Assembly (NCBI GenBank): GCA_963666425.2 | Contig: OY762825.2 | Coordinates: 1,152,001-1,216,000, forward strand | DNA length: 64,000 bases | Source: Bacillota bacterium | Lineage (GTDB): Bacteria > Bacillota > JAAYKD01 | Direction: 5' to 3' | Part shown: piece by piece, positions 30,300 to 40,738 of the stretch | Layout: each line of letters opens with the position of its first letter | How positions within the stretch are numbered: position 1 is the stretch's first letter | The notes under the pieces: generated by a model | What the model saw: only the letters and a program-made list of their open reading frames with translations | Database searches by the model: none | What the model was told of the DNA's origin: nothing | Translations under genes and position numbers: made by a program

Positions 30300-32077
30300 T
30301 AAATTCCCCTCCCACTGATATCAACTTGCTCCAGCCAGGTTTTACTTTGCTGACGTTTTTTGGCAAGCGATTTTTCCCAACGCAAGTCCCGTCCGCGTAA
30401 ATCAACTATAATCCCCACCGAGCCGCCTTTGACGGTCTGATGGAAGGGTTTCCAGAATCCCCTGCCATAATTCAATTTGAGATGACCCGAAATCTCAACC
30501 TCGGCTTCTTCTCCTGCAGGCAACGGAATTACATGCAGCTGACCGAAACGCAGTTCGTGCTGCTGCGTTCCGGGTTTTTGTTTGATCGTAATCTTACCCA
30601 TTTTTTCCTGATTGAAACCATAACCGGTTGGCGCGATACAGCAGCCCAATGGCTGCAGACAGATGGTTTCCAGGATATTCAGCGCTGCCGCTTCGTTCAC
30701 TTGGCTGAACACGCCGGCATGCGGCAGCATAAACGAGTGATCCAGTGCCAATTCAGTGTAGCCTACCGGCAGGAAACCGTCGATCATCATCATAGCAGAC
30801 TGCATCGCCTGCGGCGCATGGGAAATCACCCCGCCGCTGCCAATCAGCAGATCAATATCACGGATGCTGAATAATTGGTGGGTACCAAAGGCATCTGCTG
30901 AGGCTTGTTTCCAATCGCCTTCCGGTTTATTGCCCCGCAAAGCAACCGCCAAATTAAAATGCTGTGCCAAAGAAAGCCGCAGCGCTTCCCGGGCCAGCGC
31001 CTGCTCCACCAGCAAAGCTTCCTTACTATAGGGCAGGGTGGTAGGACGCAGCATCTTGTTATGCAGCCAGTCGCGCACATCGGCTTCCGCCAGCGTTTCC
31101 GGTAGCCAGCGCAGGATATTTTCGACCCCCGCTTCCGCCAAAACGTGCATTGCGCTGTAGCTCATGCCCAAATTCGCACTGACCGTGCGATAGAACTCGC
31201 CGTTCACCACTGAAAAAACGTCGGTTGTCGCGCCGCCGATATCCATCGCCATCACGTTGCAGCCGCGCTTTTGCGCCAGCAATTGCAGCGATTTTCCGAC
31301 TGCGGTTGGTGTGGGCAGAATTGGCGCGGATACCCGCTGCTGCACCCCTGCATAGCCGGGCGCTTGGGTCATGACATGATTGAGGAAGACATCTTGAATG
31401 GCTTTACGGGTCGGCGCTAAATTTTCCTGGTCCAAAGCCGGGCGCAGATTTTCCACAAAACGAACATCCATATTCGTTTCGTTGTTTTCAAAATAAGGCC
31501 GCAATTCCGAATTGCCGGCAAAAATCAGCGGGATTTTCTCCGCTCCCAAACGGCTCTTCGGCGCTGCTTTAAAAAGGCCATCCGCCAAAACCGCTACTTC
31601 CAGTAAGGCGCCGCCCTCAATTCCACCGGCCATCAGTACCATATCCGGACGCAGTTCACGGATTCTGGCAATCCGGCTGTACATTTCCAAACCATCATCC
31701 TGCGCCATCACATCCAAAATCACCGCTCCGGCACCCAGCGCCGCGCGTTCCGCCGATTCTGCCGTCATACCTTTAACCAAGCCGATGACCAGCATCTGTA
31801 AGCCACCGCCCGCGCTGCTGGTTGCCAGCAAGCCGTCCAATGCGTTGGGATTCGTCTGCAAAAAAACCTTTTCATCGCTGAGCGGCAAATTTAAGCCTGC
31901 TTCCAACCGGTTTACGGCTTGGAACAGCCCTAATTTAACATCGTTGTAAGGTGCCTCTACCGTTGTAGGCGCGTCAGCGCCGCCTAAAAGCCTGACTTCG
32001 GCACCCTCCGTTTCAAACAATAACGCCTTGGTCGTTGTGCTGCCGAGATCGACGATCAAATATCTCTTCTTCTCCAT
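30299..32077 (-). CDS. GlmL/MutL-like (glutamate mutase L family) ASKHA-fold ATPase
   Basis: VDLGSTTTK, SSAGGGL, AERAALGAGA, PTPTAV, DIGGATTDVFS, RTVSANLG, GSGGV. Confidence 0.8.
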   Translation of the reverse strand: MEKKRYLIVDLGSTTTKALLFETEGAEVRLLGGADAPTTVEAPYNDVKLGLFQAVNRLEAGLNLPLSDEKVFLQTNPNALDGLLATSSAGGGLQMLVIGLVKGMTAESAERAALGAGAVILDVMAQDDGLEMYSRIARIRELRPDMVLMAGGIEGGALLEVAVLADGLFKAAPKSRLGAEKIPLIFAGNSELRPYFENNETNMDVRFVENLRPALDQENLAPTRKAIQDVFLNHVMTQAPGYAGVQQRVSAPILPTPTAVGKSLQLLAQKRGCNVMAMDIGGATTDVFSVVNGEFYRTVSANLGMSYSAMHVLAEAGVENILRWLPETLAEADVRDWLHNKMLRPTTLPYSKEALLVEQALAREALRLSLAQHFNLAVALRGNKPEGDWKQASADAFGTHQLFSIRDIDLLIGSGGVISHAPQAMQSAMMMIDGFLPVGYTELALDHSFMLPHAGVFSQVNEAAALNILETICLQPLGCCIAPTGYGFNQEKMGKITIKQKPGTQQHELRFGQLHVIPLPAGEEAEVEISGHLKLNYGRGFWKPFHQTVKGGSVGIIVDLRGRDLRWEKSLAKKRQQSKTWLEQVDISGRGI

Positions 32078-32148
32078 CAAGATCCTGCCCTTCTTCGTAT
32101 CTTCGAGCGGTGCAAAGCGCCGCTCGAAGAGTGCCGTGTCACTGTTTT

Positions 32149-32871
32149 TCAAATTTCATTGGCGCCGATCCAGACACACCTGAACATCGCGCCTAAGTAG
32201 TTGCTTTTCTGTTTTCCAGATATGTGTAGAGAAAACCACTGAAGGTATAAAGCATGAGCGGCAAAAAAAGCCACTCCAGAGCAAAGTAACAGAACACTGC
32301 AATGAGCCAGAATCGATAGCAGAATCCCGGCAGGCCTTTTTAAAAAAGGCACCGCCTTCAAATCCGGATAGCGAATGCGGCTCACCATCAAAAAAGCCAG
32401 CAAGAGGGTGAAAGCCGCCATACCCCAGGCTGTCAGCCACTGCCAATGCAGTGCTGTTGCCGCCAGAATGCCACCCGCACCGGTGATTGGCATGCCGGTG
32501 AATCCTTTGCCCGGTATACTGACATTGGTGTTAAAACGAGCCAGACGCAAAGCGCCGCAGACTGCAAAAGTGATGCCCACCAGCATACCGGCCAGACCCA
32601 TTTGCTGCAGCAGCATGCGGTAAAGCAAAAAAGCGGGCGCTACACCAAACGAGACCACATCGCAAAGCGAATCCAGTTCTTTGCCAAAATCGCTGCCGCT
32701 GGCACTGAACAGTCTGGCCACCTTACCATCCAGGGCATCAAAAATCATACTGCCCAAGACAGCCAGGACGGCCAGTGAATATTGTCCTTCCACTGCCAAT
32801 TCCAGACTGATCAGTCCACAAACCAGATTCATGGCAGTACAAGCATTGGCCAGCCAAAAGCCCAGTTTCAT
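32149..32871 (-). CDS. pssA: CDP-diacylglycerol--serine O-phosphatidyltransferase (probable frameshift near 32305)
   Basis: D.LDG.VAR..FGKELDSLCDVVSFGVAPA, LRLARFN, LMVS; alternative-frame tail looks more native. Confidence 0.85.
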   Translation of the reverse strand: MKLGFWLANACTAMNLVCGLISLELAVEGQYSLAVLAVLGSMIFDALDGKVARLFSASGSDFGKELDSLCDVVSFGVAPAFLLYRMLLQQMGLAGMLVGITFAVCGALRLARFNTNVSIPGKGFTGMPITGAGGILAATALHWQWLTAWGMAAFTLLLAFLMVSRIRYPDLKAVPFLKRPAGILLSILAHCSVLLLCSGVAFFAAHALYLQWFSLHISGKQKSNYLGAMFRCVWIGANEI

Positions 32872-32872
32872 C

Positions 32873-34237
32873 TTAATCCACCGCACCCTTCAAACCGGCG
32901 GCAATCGCTTCCTGAATGTTGCGCACCGGTATTAGCTGGATCCCTTCCACCCGCACCGCTTTGCCGCTGGCGGGGATCAGAGCCCGCTCAAAACCCAGTC
33001 GGGCTGCTTCGCGCAGCCGCTGCTCTAAGCGGGTCACACTGCGCAATTCACCGGTCAAACCCACTTCTCCGATGGCAACTACACTGGCATCCAGCGGCCT
33101 TTCCCGGAAGCTGGAAGCCAGCGCTAAAATCACCGCCAAATCGGCGGCGGGCTCGCTGATTCGCAAGCCGCCGGCCACATTAATATACGCGTCCAGCATC
33201 CCCATCTGCAAACCCAGTCTTTTTTCTAAAATAGCAATCAGCATCGCCATACGGTTATGGTCGAAGCCATTGGCCAAGCGCCGGGGATTCTGATAATTGG
33301 TATTACTGACCAGCGCCTGCACTTCGGCCAACAGCGGACGGCTGCCTTCCAGCAGTGCGGTCACCGCAGAACCGGGTCCGTGCAGCGGTCGCTCTGCCAA
33401 GAAGATAGCAGAAGGATTTTTCACTTCAATCAAACCGCTCTCGGTCATTTCAAAAACACCGATTTCATTGGTGGAACCAAAACGATTTTTCACTGCCCGC
33501 ACAATCCGGAAATTCTGGTGATGATCGCCTTCAAAATAAAGCACCGTATCGACCATGTGTTCGAGCATTTTCGGGCCGGCAATGGCGCCTTCCTTGGTGA
33601 CATGACCGACAATGAAAATCACCATACCGGATGTTTTAGCCATGCGCATAAGCTGGGCTGTAATATCACGCACCTGACTGACCGTTCCGGGAGCAGAAGT
33701 TAAGTCGGAGCGATAGACGGTCTGGATGGAATCGATCACCATACAGCTGGGTTTCAGGCGCTGCACAATTTCCTGCAATTGATCCAGACAGGTTTCCGAT
33801 TGAATGTAAACCGTATCGGGCACCGCGCCCAAGCGATTCGCCCGCATTTTTATCTGCTGCTGCGATTCCTCACCGCTCCAATATAAAACCGAATTACGAC
33901 TCTGACCCAATAGCAAGGCGACCTGCAGCATCAGCGTGGATTTTCCGATGCCGGGTTCTCCCCCAACTAAAATCAGCGAACCCTCTACCAGACCGCCGCC
34001 CAGCACCCGGTCCAGCTCCTCAATGCCGACCAGACACCTCTGCTCTTTGGCTAAGGTTACCTTCGTAAGCTGCTGCGGCTCCGATAAACGCTCGCCTCCT
34101 TTGCTGTGAGGTTCAGCGGTCGGTTCCAATTCTTCCACAAAGCTGCTCCAGCTGTCGCAATCGGGACAGCGGCCCAGCCATTTACTGGTCGTGTAACCAC
34201 ATTGCTGACAGACAAATCTCGTTTTTTCTTTGGCCAG
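32873..34237 (-). CDS. radA: DNA repair protein RadA/Sms (probable CTG start)
   Basis: CQQC..CPDC zinc finger, GEPGIGKST, KNRFG; SD AGGAGGTG precedes CTG GCC AAA GAA. Confidence 0.95.
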   Translation of the reverse strand: MAKEKTRFVCQQCGYTTSKWLGRCPDCDSWSSFVEELEPTAEPHSKGGERLSEPQQLTKVTLAKEQRCLVGIEELDRVLGGGLVEGSLILVGGEPGIGKSTLMLQVALLLGQSRNSVLYWSGEESQQQIKMRANRLGAVPDTVYIQSETCLDQLQEIVQRLKPSCMVIDSIQTVYRSDLTSAPGTVSQVRDITAQLMRMAKTSGMVIFIVGHVTKEGAIAGPKMLEHMVDTVLYFEGDHHQNFRIVRAVKNRFGSTNEIGVFEMTESGLIEVKNPSAIFLAERPLHGPGSAVTALLEGSRPLLAEVQALVSNTNYQNPRRLANGFDHNRMAMLIAILEKRLGLQMGMLDAYINVAGGLRISEPAADLAVILALASSFRERPLDASVVAIGEVGLTGELRSVTRLEQRLREAARLGFERALIPASGKAVRVEGIQLIPVRNIQEAIAAGLKGAVD

Positions 34238-35145
34238 CGGAAAACACCTCCTACCCATACTCTATCTCAACGGTTCTATCCGATATTAAAAAGAGAAAAT
34301 AAATGATTATCTTTTCTTTGTTCTGCATACAGAAGCTGGATTCCTTGTCAGAGCGAAAAGTCAGGCGGCAATCGATTGATCCTTTCTGTTAGTTGGCAAA
34401 ACCAAAGGGTCAGCTCAAAAACTCGCACTAATAATTACCACCAAGTGTATTTCCATAAAAGTCTCTTTATAAACCGGCCTGTTGCCCGATCTCCGCGTTC
34501 CTCTGGTCGAGAAGAAAAACGACTGCTTCAGCACCGACTTTGCCGACCTGAGCCCGCTCGATCGTTTGTCTCATCCATTGTATTATAACGAGTATTTTAA
34601 TTTGCTTATGAATATCCCAGTAGGTTAGTCTACTGCCATTATGATTATTGTACTTCATAACCGAGGATTGATTCGTCTAATTCCTAGATCCGTTCTCGTA
34701 ATGGGGGGTTCTGTGGGAATGCACGTTGATTCAACAGATATCCCATGGATTCAATTGGTTCCTTTTTTCTCAATGTCTGTGATTTCCAAGTTTTAGCAAA
34801 ATTGACATCCCCTTTTATTTCCTATATACTCATAGCAGTAATCTTATTACTATATGTCATAAGACAAATAAATACATGATACAAAATTATTTATCTGAAG
34901 GAGGTGTTACCATTGAACAGAGTATAATGCAAATTCTAAAAATAGAGCAGAATAGAGGAGTGTGTCAAGGAGGTACTAATCTTATCCAATTCAAAAATAG
35001 CAGGCATATGTTTCTATGAAAGAGAGTATTATGTTGTTGCCAAGTAGCTTTGACCGCAAACTGACATCAATCATGATTACTTTCCAGCAAATGGCTGTTT
35101 TGACAAACGATAGAGGCTTAGTATATTAGAAGAAAGCGGTGAACC

Positions 35146-36444
35146 ATGAAAAAGCTATTTAAACTGTTCGTATTGTTAATGATTGCTTTCTCTCTGGCAA
35201 GCTGTAATGATAAATTTCCAAGCATATCAGATACACCACAAGGAGAACCTGTTAAACCCCCAATAACTGTAGAAAATATACCAGACCCAACTCCTTTAGA
35301 AACAAAGATTGACTATTTAGTAAACGAACAAATTCCACTTGGTAATATAGAAGATATTTTGGAGGAGAGTGGGGTGGTCGGTGAGACGGCCTATCTTGAT
35401 TACAAGCCTGGTATTCAGTATTTCCTTGGGTTCGATAAAAATCGGAACTTAATTTTGATTGAAGACGGCACAACATTTGATTTAGTTTCTATGCCCAAAA
35501 AAGGGAATAAAAAAATTCTTGTTGAAAACATAATGGACGACCGCAATCGTCAAATAAAATTTGCGATTTATCAGGAACCCTATTTAGTTTGGTCTGAATG
35601 TCCAAATGCTAAAACATTGCCAGATCCAACAGACGGTTCTGACTGGGCGGTATACCTTTTAAATGTGGAAACGAAAAAAAAGACTTTAATTGATTATGAT
35701 CAAGGTTTACGTGTTGATCTCAAATATCTACACCACTATTTATGTCCTATGCTACTGGATATTGATGGAGACTATATTGTTTACCCTGGTTTTGCAAAAA
35801 ATACTCAAAATACAATTGTACCAATAATAAAAACCTACCAAATATCCACTAAAGAGATAAAGATAATTGAAGAATTAAAATCAGACCTTTTTCATAATGC
35901 TTTAGGTGCACCTAGCATTTATGGAAATTTGATTACATGGCCAGAAGCTTATATCAATGAAGATTCAACTTATGATGGATTTTGTGTATTGTACGACTTA
36001 AGTACCGGAGAAAAAAAGAAAATATTAACACCAGAAAATGTTATTAACCCAACCTTAACAGATGGCTACTTAATAGCAACGAATCAACCAAATGTGACTT
36101 TTTATGATGCGGAAATTGTTGTTTTAGATTTAACAGACATGACATGGAAATTGAAAATAAACAGCAAGTTTTCTATTTATTCAAATAGTAGGTATAATCC
36201 CCTCTATGTTTCTGGTTGTAACGAGGATTTTTGTACTTGGGATGCTCCTATGATTGATTCATTAGCATTTTTGGATTATAGACACCAACTCTTATATCAT
36301 CTTATTAAAAAGGAAGAAGGTCATCAAGTAAATCACCCAATTATTCATAATGGTAATGTACTTACATGGTTCGAGCATGTTGAGACCGAAAACGGGTTAA
36401 CTGTTAGATTATATTATTATTATTTTAAGGCGTTTGGCCAGTAA
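35146..36444 (+). CDS. Lipoprotein, probable beta-propeller fold, AT-rich insert
   Basis: MKKLFKL..FSLASC lipobox; repeated beta-rich LYDLSTGE-type motifs. Confidence 0.7.
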   Translation: MKKLFKLFVLLMIAFSLASCNDKFPSISDTPQGEPVKPPITVENIPDPTPLETKIDYLVNEQIPLGNIEDILEESGVVGETAYLDYKPGIQYFLGFDKNRNLILIEDGTTFDLVSMPKKGNKKILVENIMDDRNRQIKFAIYQEPYLVWSECPNAKTLPDPTDGSDWAVYLLNVETKKKTLIDYDQGLRVDLKYLHHYLCPMLLDIDGDYIVYPGFAKNTQNTIVPIIKTYQISTKEIKIIEELKSDLFHNALGAPSIYGNLITWPEAYINEDSTYDGFCVLYDLSTGEKKKILTPENVINPTLTDGYLIATNQPNVTFYDAEIVVLDLTDMTWKLKINSKFSIYSNSRYNPLYVSGCNEDFCTWDAPMIDSLAFLDYRHQLLYHLIKKEEGHQVNHPIIHNGNVLTWFEHVETENGLTVRLYYYYFKAFGQ

Positions 36445-36592
36445 AAAGGGGTGGTCAACAGGCCACCCTGCAAAATTATAAGTGAAGGTTTAGGAAAATC
36501 GACAACTTATATTCGATTAAAGTAAACCCTTACTTAATCAAGCATCTCCTTTAAAACGCCGACTTTTTAAGGGAACGAACAAGAATGAAAAA

Positions 36593-36627
36593 GGAGCTGC
36601 AGCAATTTTTCGTTTTGCTGCAACTCC
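36593..36627. repeat. Palindromic repeat copy 1 (terminator of clpC)
   Basis: GGAGCTGCAGCAATTTTTCGTTTTGCTGCAACTCC; near-identical to 56976-57008. Confidence 0.7.
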
Positions 36628-36656
36628 CTTTTTTGTGTACGATTCTTATGTTCCGA

Positions 36657-39104
36657 TTATTCTGCTTTGAAACGCAGTTTGCCATCGCTGCAGCTGACTA
36701 AGACCTTTTGTCCGTGCTGGATGCGGCCTTCCAGCAATTCTTCACTCAAGGCATCTTCAATCTGACGCTGAATGGCTCTGCGCAGCGGCCGGGCACCAAA
36801 GAGCGGATCAAACCCCGCTTTGGCCAACAGCTGCTTTGCTTCCGGCTCCAGTTCGATTTTGATATCGAATACCTGCAGCCGTTTCGCCACATCTTTGAGC
36901 ATGACATCCACAATGGCTTCAATTTCTGTTTCGCTCAGTTGCTGGAATACAATCGTATCATCCACTCGGTTGAGAAATTCCGGCCTGAAAACGCGTTTCA
37001 GTTCCAGGTTCAAGCGTTCCTTCATCGCCTCGTACTCGGTGTTTTCTACCGGAGAGGAAACGACAAAGCCCAGAGAAGATTGTTTGCGGATGGTCTCTGC
37101 ACCGGCATTGGAAGTCATAATCACAATGGTATTACGGAAATTAACCGTCCGACCCAAAGAATCCGTCAGGATGCCGTCATCCAGCAGCTGCAGCAAGACA
37201 TTGAATACTTCCGGATGCGCTTTTTCAATTTCATCCAAAAGCACCACACTATAAGGATGCTGCCTGACTTTTTCTGTTAACTGGCCGCCTTCTTCATAAC
37301 CAACATAACCGGGAGGCGCACCGATCAGGCGAGAGACATTATGGCGCTCCATGTATTCCGACATGTCGATACGAATCAATGCATCCTCGCTGCCAAACAT
37401 GGCTTCGGCCAAGGCTTTCGCCAATTCCGTTTTACCAACACCAGTCGGACCAAGGAAGATAAAGGAACCAATCGGGCGTTTGGGATCTTTTAAGCCCGCT
37501 CTGGCACGCCGGATGGCTCTGGCGACCGCATTGACCGCTTCCTCTTGACCAATCACACGCTTATGCAGTTCTTTTTCCAAATTCAGCAAGCGCTGGCTGT
37601 CTTCTTGGGTCAGCCGCTCTACCGGCACGTTCGTCCAGGAAGAGACAATATGAGCAATGTCATCCGCTGTCACTTCCGGCCGTCCGGTACTTTGCTGCTG
37701 CTTCCAACTTTGCCGAATGCTCTCCAGTTCAGTCCGCAGCTGCGCTTCCTGATCACGCAGCGCCGCAGCTTGTTCAAAAGCCTGGTTATTGATGGCTTCT
37801 TCTTTCTCGCTGCGCAATTTATTCAATTCTTCTTCTTTTTCTTTGACATCAGACGGCGTAGTATGACTTTGCAGACGCACGCGCGAACCGGCTTCATCAA
37901 TCAGATCGATGGCTTTATCCGGCAGGAAACGGTCAGCGATATAGCGATCCGAAAGCCGCACCGCTGCTTCGATGGCTTCTTCTGTTATTTTCACGCCGTG
38001 ATGCGCTTCGTAACGGTCACGCAAGCCTTTGAGAATTTCAATCGATTGTTCAATCGTAGGCGGTTCCACCATGATCGGTTGAAAACGGCGCTCTAAAGCG
38101 GCGTCTTTTTCAATATAGTGGCGATATTCTTTTAAGGTGGTAGCGCCAATGGTTTGCACTTCGCCGCGGGCCAATGCCGGTTTCAGGATATTGGAAGCAT
38201 CCACTGCTCCCTCTGCCCCGCCTGCTCCTACCAAGGTGTGCAACTCGTCGATAAACAAAATCACCTGCTTGGATTGTTTTACTTCCTCCAGCAATTTTTG
38301 CATCCGTTCTTCAAATTCACCGCGGTATTTGGTGCCGGAAATTAAATTTCCCATTTCCAGCGCAACCACTCGCTTATCGCGCAGTGTCTCCGGTACTTGT
38401 CCGGCCACGATCATGCTGGCCAACCCTTCCGCAATGGCTGTTTTGCCAACGCCGGGTTCGCCGATCAGCACCGGATTGTTCTTGGTACGGCGGGATAAAA
38501 TCTGAATCACCCGCTCAATTTCCTTATCGCGGCCGATGACCGGATCCAACTTATTATCGGCAGCCAGCTTATTCAGGTCGCGGCCCATCTTATCCAATAA
38601 CGGGGTTGCCGGGGTCTTGCTCTGTTTTTGGCTGGCAGCGGATTTCTGATTTTCCTGCGGAACATAACCGCCGTCCAGCAAAGCCAGAATCGTCTGGCGC
38701 AATTCCTCCAAGGAGACACCTTTATCGATCAGAATACGAGCGCCGATGCCTTCTCCTTCTCGTGCTAAGGCCAAAAGCAGATGCTCCGTACCCACATAAT
38801 TACTTTTTAGGCTCACTGCCTCCTGAAACGCGATCTCGATCAAACGTTTCACCCTTGGAGACGGTTGGACGGGAAAGTCGGATTTCTCTTCACCGGCCGG
38901 GCTGTATTCCGCCAGCGCTTCCTCAATCACTTCGGCTGTAATTTGCATACTTTCTAAAGCACTGGCGGCAATGCTGTCTGTGCCTTTGGCCAGACCCCAC
39001 AGCACATGCTCGGTGCCAATCACGGTATGATTCATTTGTTCGGCTAGATTTTGAGCAGCTAATAACGCTTGATTGGCGCGTTCGGTAAATTGTAGACTAT
39101 TCAT
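36657..39104 (-). CDS. clpC: ATP-dependent Clp protease ATPase ClpC
   Basis: Clp-N repeats, [11 protein letters not shown] coil, [13 protein letters not shown]; ctsR operon context. Confidence 0.97.
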   Translation of the reverse strand: MNSLQFTERANQALLAAQNLAEQMNHTVIGTEHVLWGLAKGTDSIAASALESMQITAEVIEEALAEYSPAGEEKSDFPVQPSPRVKRLIEIAFQEAVSLKSNYVGTEHLLLALAREGEGIGARILIDKGVSLEELRQTILALLDGGYVPQENQKSAASQKQSKTPATPLLDKMGRDLNKLAADNKLDPVIGRDKEIERVIQILSRRTKNNPVLIGEPGVGKTAIAEGLASMIVAGQVPETLRDKRVVALEMGNLISGTKYRGEFEERMQKLLEEVKQSKQVILFIDELHTLVGAGGAEGAVDASNILKPALARGEVQTIGATTLKEYRHYIEKDAALERRFQPIMVEPPTIEQSIEILKGLRDRYEAHHGVKITEEAIEAAVRLSDRYIADRFLPDKAIDLIDEAGSRVRLQSHTTPSDVKEKEEELNKLRSEKEEAINNQAFEQAAALRDQEAQLRTELESIRQSWKQQQSTGRPEVTADDIAHIVSSWTNVPVERLTQEDSQRLLNLEKELHKRVIGQEEAVNAVARAIRRARAGLKDPKRPIGSFIFLGPTGVGKTELAKALAEAMFGSEDALIRIDMSEYMERHNVSRLIGAPPGYVGYEEGGQLTEKVRQHPYSVVLLDEIEKAHPEVFNVLLQLLDDGILTDSLGRTVNFRNTIVIMTSNAGAETIRKQSSLGFVVSSPVENTEYEAMKERLNLELKRVFRPEFLNRVDDTIVFQQLSETEIEAIVDVMLKDVAKRLQVFDIKIELEPEAKQLLAKAGFDPLFGARPLRRAIQRQIEDALSEELLEGRIQHGQKVLVSCSDGKLRFKAE

Positions 39105-39106
39105 GG

Positions 39107-40195
39107 CTACTCCTCCTGTTTTTCTTCCTGTTTCATGCTTGTTTGTGCCAGCAGACGGCGCATCACTGCGGCGCGCTGAACATCCCGTTGATCGGTTGTA
39201 AGTGTTGCTTGCGATGCTTGATTCAGCCAGGCCGGCTGCAATTGCACCATCAGACTGTTCAATTCCTGATAGCTGAGATGCTCCAGCAAATTCAACTCCA
39301 CACCCAACCTTAAATCAGACAGCTTTTGCACCGCTTCTTTGCCGTTCAGCAGCCAGGCATTGCTTAAAATACCCAGTGTGCGGCCGATCCGGTCGCGCAG
39401 CTGTAGCGGAATTTGCGCGAAGAGCTGCAGGCGGGTTTTGCGTTCTTCTTCCACCACTTGCTTGACAATCGCCTGTAAATTCGTCAGGATCTCCTCTTCG
39501 GATTGACCCAGGGAAATTTGATTGGAAATCTGAAAAATCTGGCCGATCGCCTCGGTACCTTCACCATAAAAACCACGTACGACCATACCCAATTGATTGA
39601 TGCCGGTGATAAAGGAACCGATTTTTTTACTGATCACCAGTGCCGGTAGGTGCACCATCACCGAAGCACGCAATCCGGTGCCGACATTGGTAGGACAAGC
39701 TGTGATATAGCCGAATTCCTTGCTGAAAGCAATCTCTAGCTGCGCTTCCAGCAGATCGTCAATTTCGTTCGCCAGTTGCCAGGCTTGCTCCAACTGCAAA
39801 CCGCTGAGCAATACCTGTAAGCGAAGATGGTCTTCTTCATTGACCATAATACTGACCGCTTCATCCTGCCTCAGGATCAGGGCGGTGGATTCTGGCTTTT
39901 CCGCCATGACGGGGCTCATCAAGTGTTTATCAATTAAAATTCTCTGTTGATCGGGATTGAGTTCCTGCAAGCGGATCAACTGCCAATTGTCTTTTGTCTT
40001 TTCACTGAGCAGTGGAAGCAGAGCCGTCAATTGATCCAATAATTTGGCAGTGTCCTCTGCTGTCTGGTGTCCGGGGAAAGCAAGCTGATTGAGATTACGT
40101 GCCAACCGGATCCGGGTCGAGAGAATCACATCCTGATCGGGACCGTTCTGCATCCAGAAAGTTGCTGCCTGGGTGCAATGCTGTTCTACAGACAT
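39107..40195 (-). CDS. mcsB: Protein arginine kinase McsB
   Basis: STRIRLARN, NEEDHLR, CPTNVGTGLRASV. Confidence 0.95.
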   Translation of the reverse strand: MSVEQHCTQAATFWMQNGPDQDVILSTRIRLARNLNQLAFPGHQTAEDTAKLLDQLTALLPLLSEKTKDNWQLIRLQELNPDQQRILIDKHLMSPVMAEKPESTALILRQDEAVSIMVNEEDHLRLQVLLSGLQLEQAWQLANEIDDLLEAQLEIAFSKEFGYITACPTNVGTGLRASVMVHLPALVISKKIGSFITGINQLGMVVRGFYGEGTEAIGQIFQISNQISLGQSEEEILTNLQAIVKQVVEEERKTRLQLFAQIPLQLRDRIGRTLGILSNAWLLNGKEAVQKLSDLRLGVELNLLEHLSYQELNSLMVQLQPAWLNQASQATLTTDQRDVQRAAVMRRLLAQTSMKQEEKQEE

Positions 40196-40198
40196 GGC

Positions 40199-40726
40199 TT
40201 ATTCCTCCTTTTGCTCGGGTTGAGACAATTGCTTGATCTCATCGCGTAAGGCTGCGGCGTGCTCAAACGCTTCTTCGCTGATCGCCTGCTGCAGCTGCTG
40301 CTTCAATTCAGCCAAACGATACTGACGCTGCAGTCCCTGGCCGGCCCGCAGCGGAATTTTACCTGTATGCTGATTGCTGCCATGAATGCGCCGGAAAAGC
40401 GGCGGCAGATGGTCACCGAAGGTAACATAACATTGAGCACAGCCAAAACGCCCCTGGCGCTTGAATTGATCAAATGTCATACCGCAAAACGGGCAGGTCA
40501 GCGAATCGGTCTTTTCCCCCTGTTCCGGTTTTGGCGAGGCAGTCTCCTGCATTAAGCCGGAGAGTAAATGATGCATAGAAAATTGAATGGGGAAAGCCAG
40601 ATTGATACCAAACGCGCTATGCTTGGCAGCACAGGTTTCACAAAGATGAAGTTCAATTTTTTGTCCGTTGATCATTTGTGTTAAATGAACATTAGCAGTT
40701 TTTTGTTGACATTCCTGACAAAGCAT
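40199..40726 (-). CDS. mcsA: McsA activator
   Basis: Four CxxC motifs, UVR domain EHAAALRDEI. Confidence 0.95.
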   Translation of the reverse strand: MLCQECQQKTANVHLTQMINGQKIELHLCETCAAKHSAFGINLAFPIQFSMHHLLSGLMQETASPKPEQGEKTDSLTCPFCGMTFDQFKRQGRFGCAQCYVTFGDHLPPLFRRIHGSNQHTGKIPLRAGQGLQRQYRLAELKQQLQQAISEEAFEHAAALRDEIKQLSQPEQKEE

Positions 40727-40738
40727 GATTTATTCCTC

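Noticed and set aside
36448-36469. GGTGGTCAAC matching the IS21 internal repeat
   Set aside because: 10-bp match inside a local GGGTGGTC/GGCCACCC hairpin with no other IS21 sequence nearby
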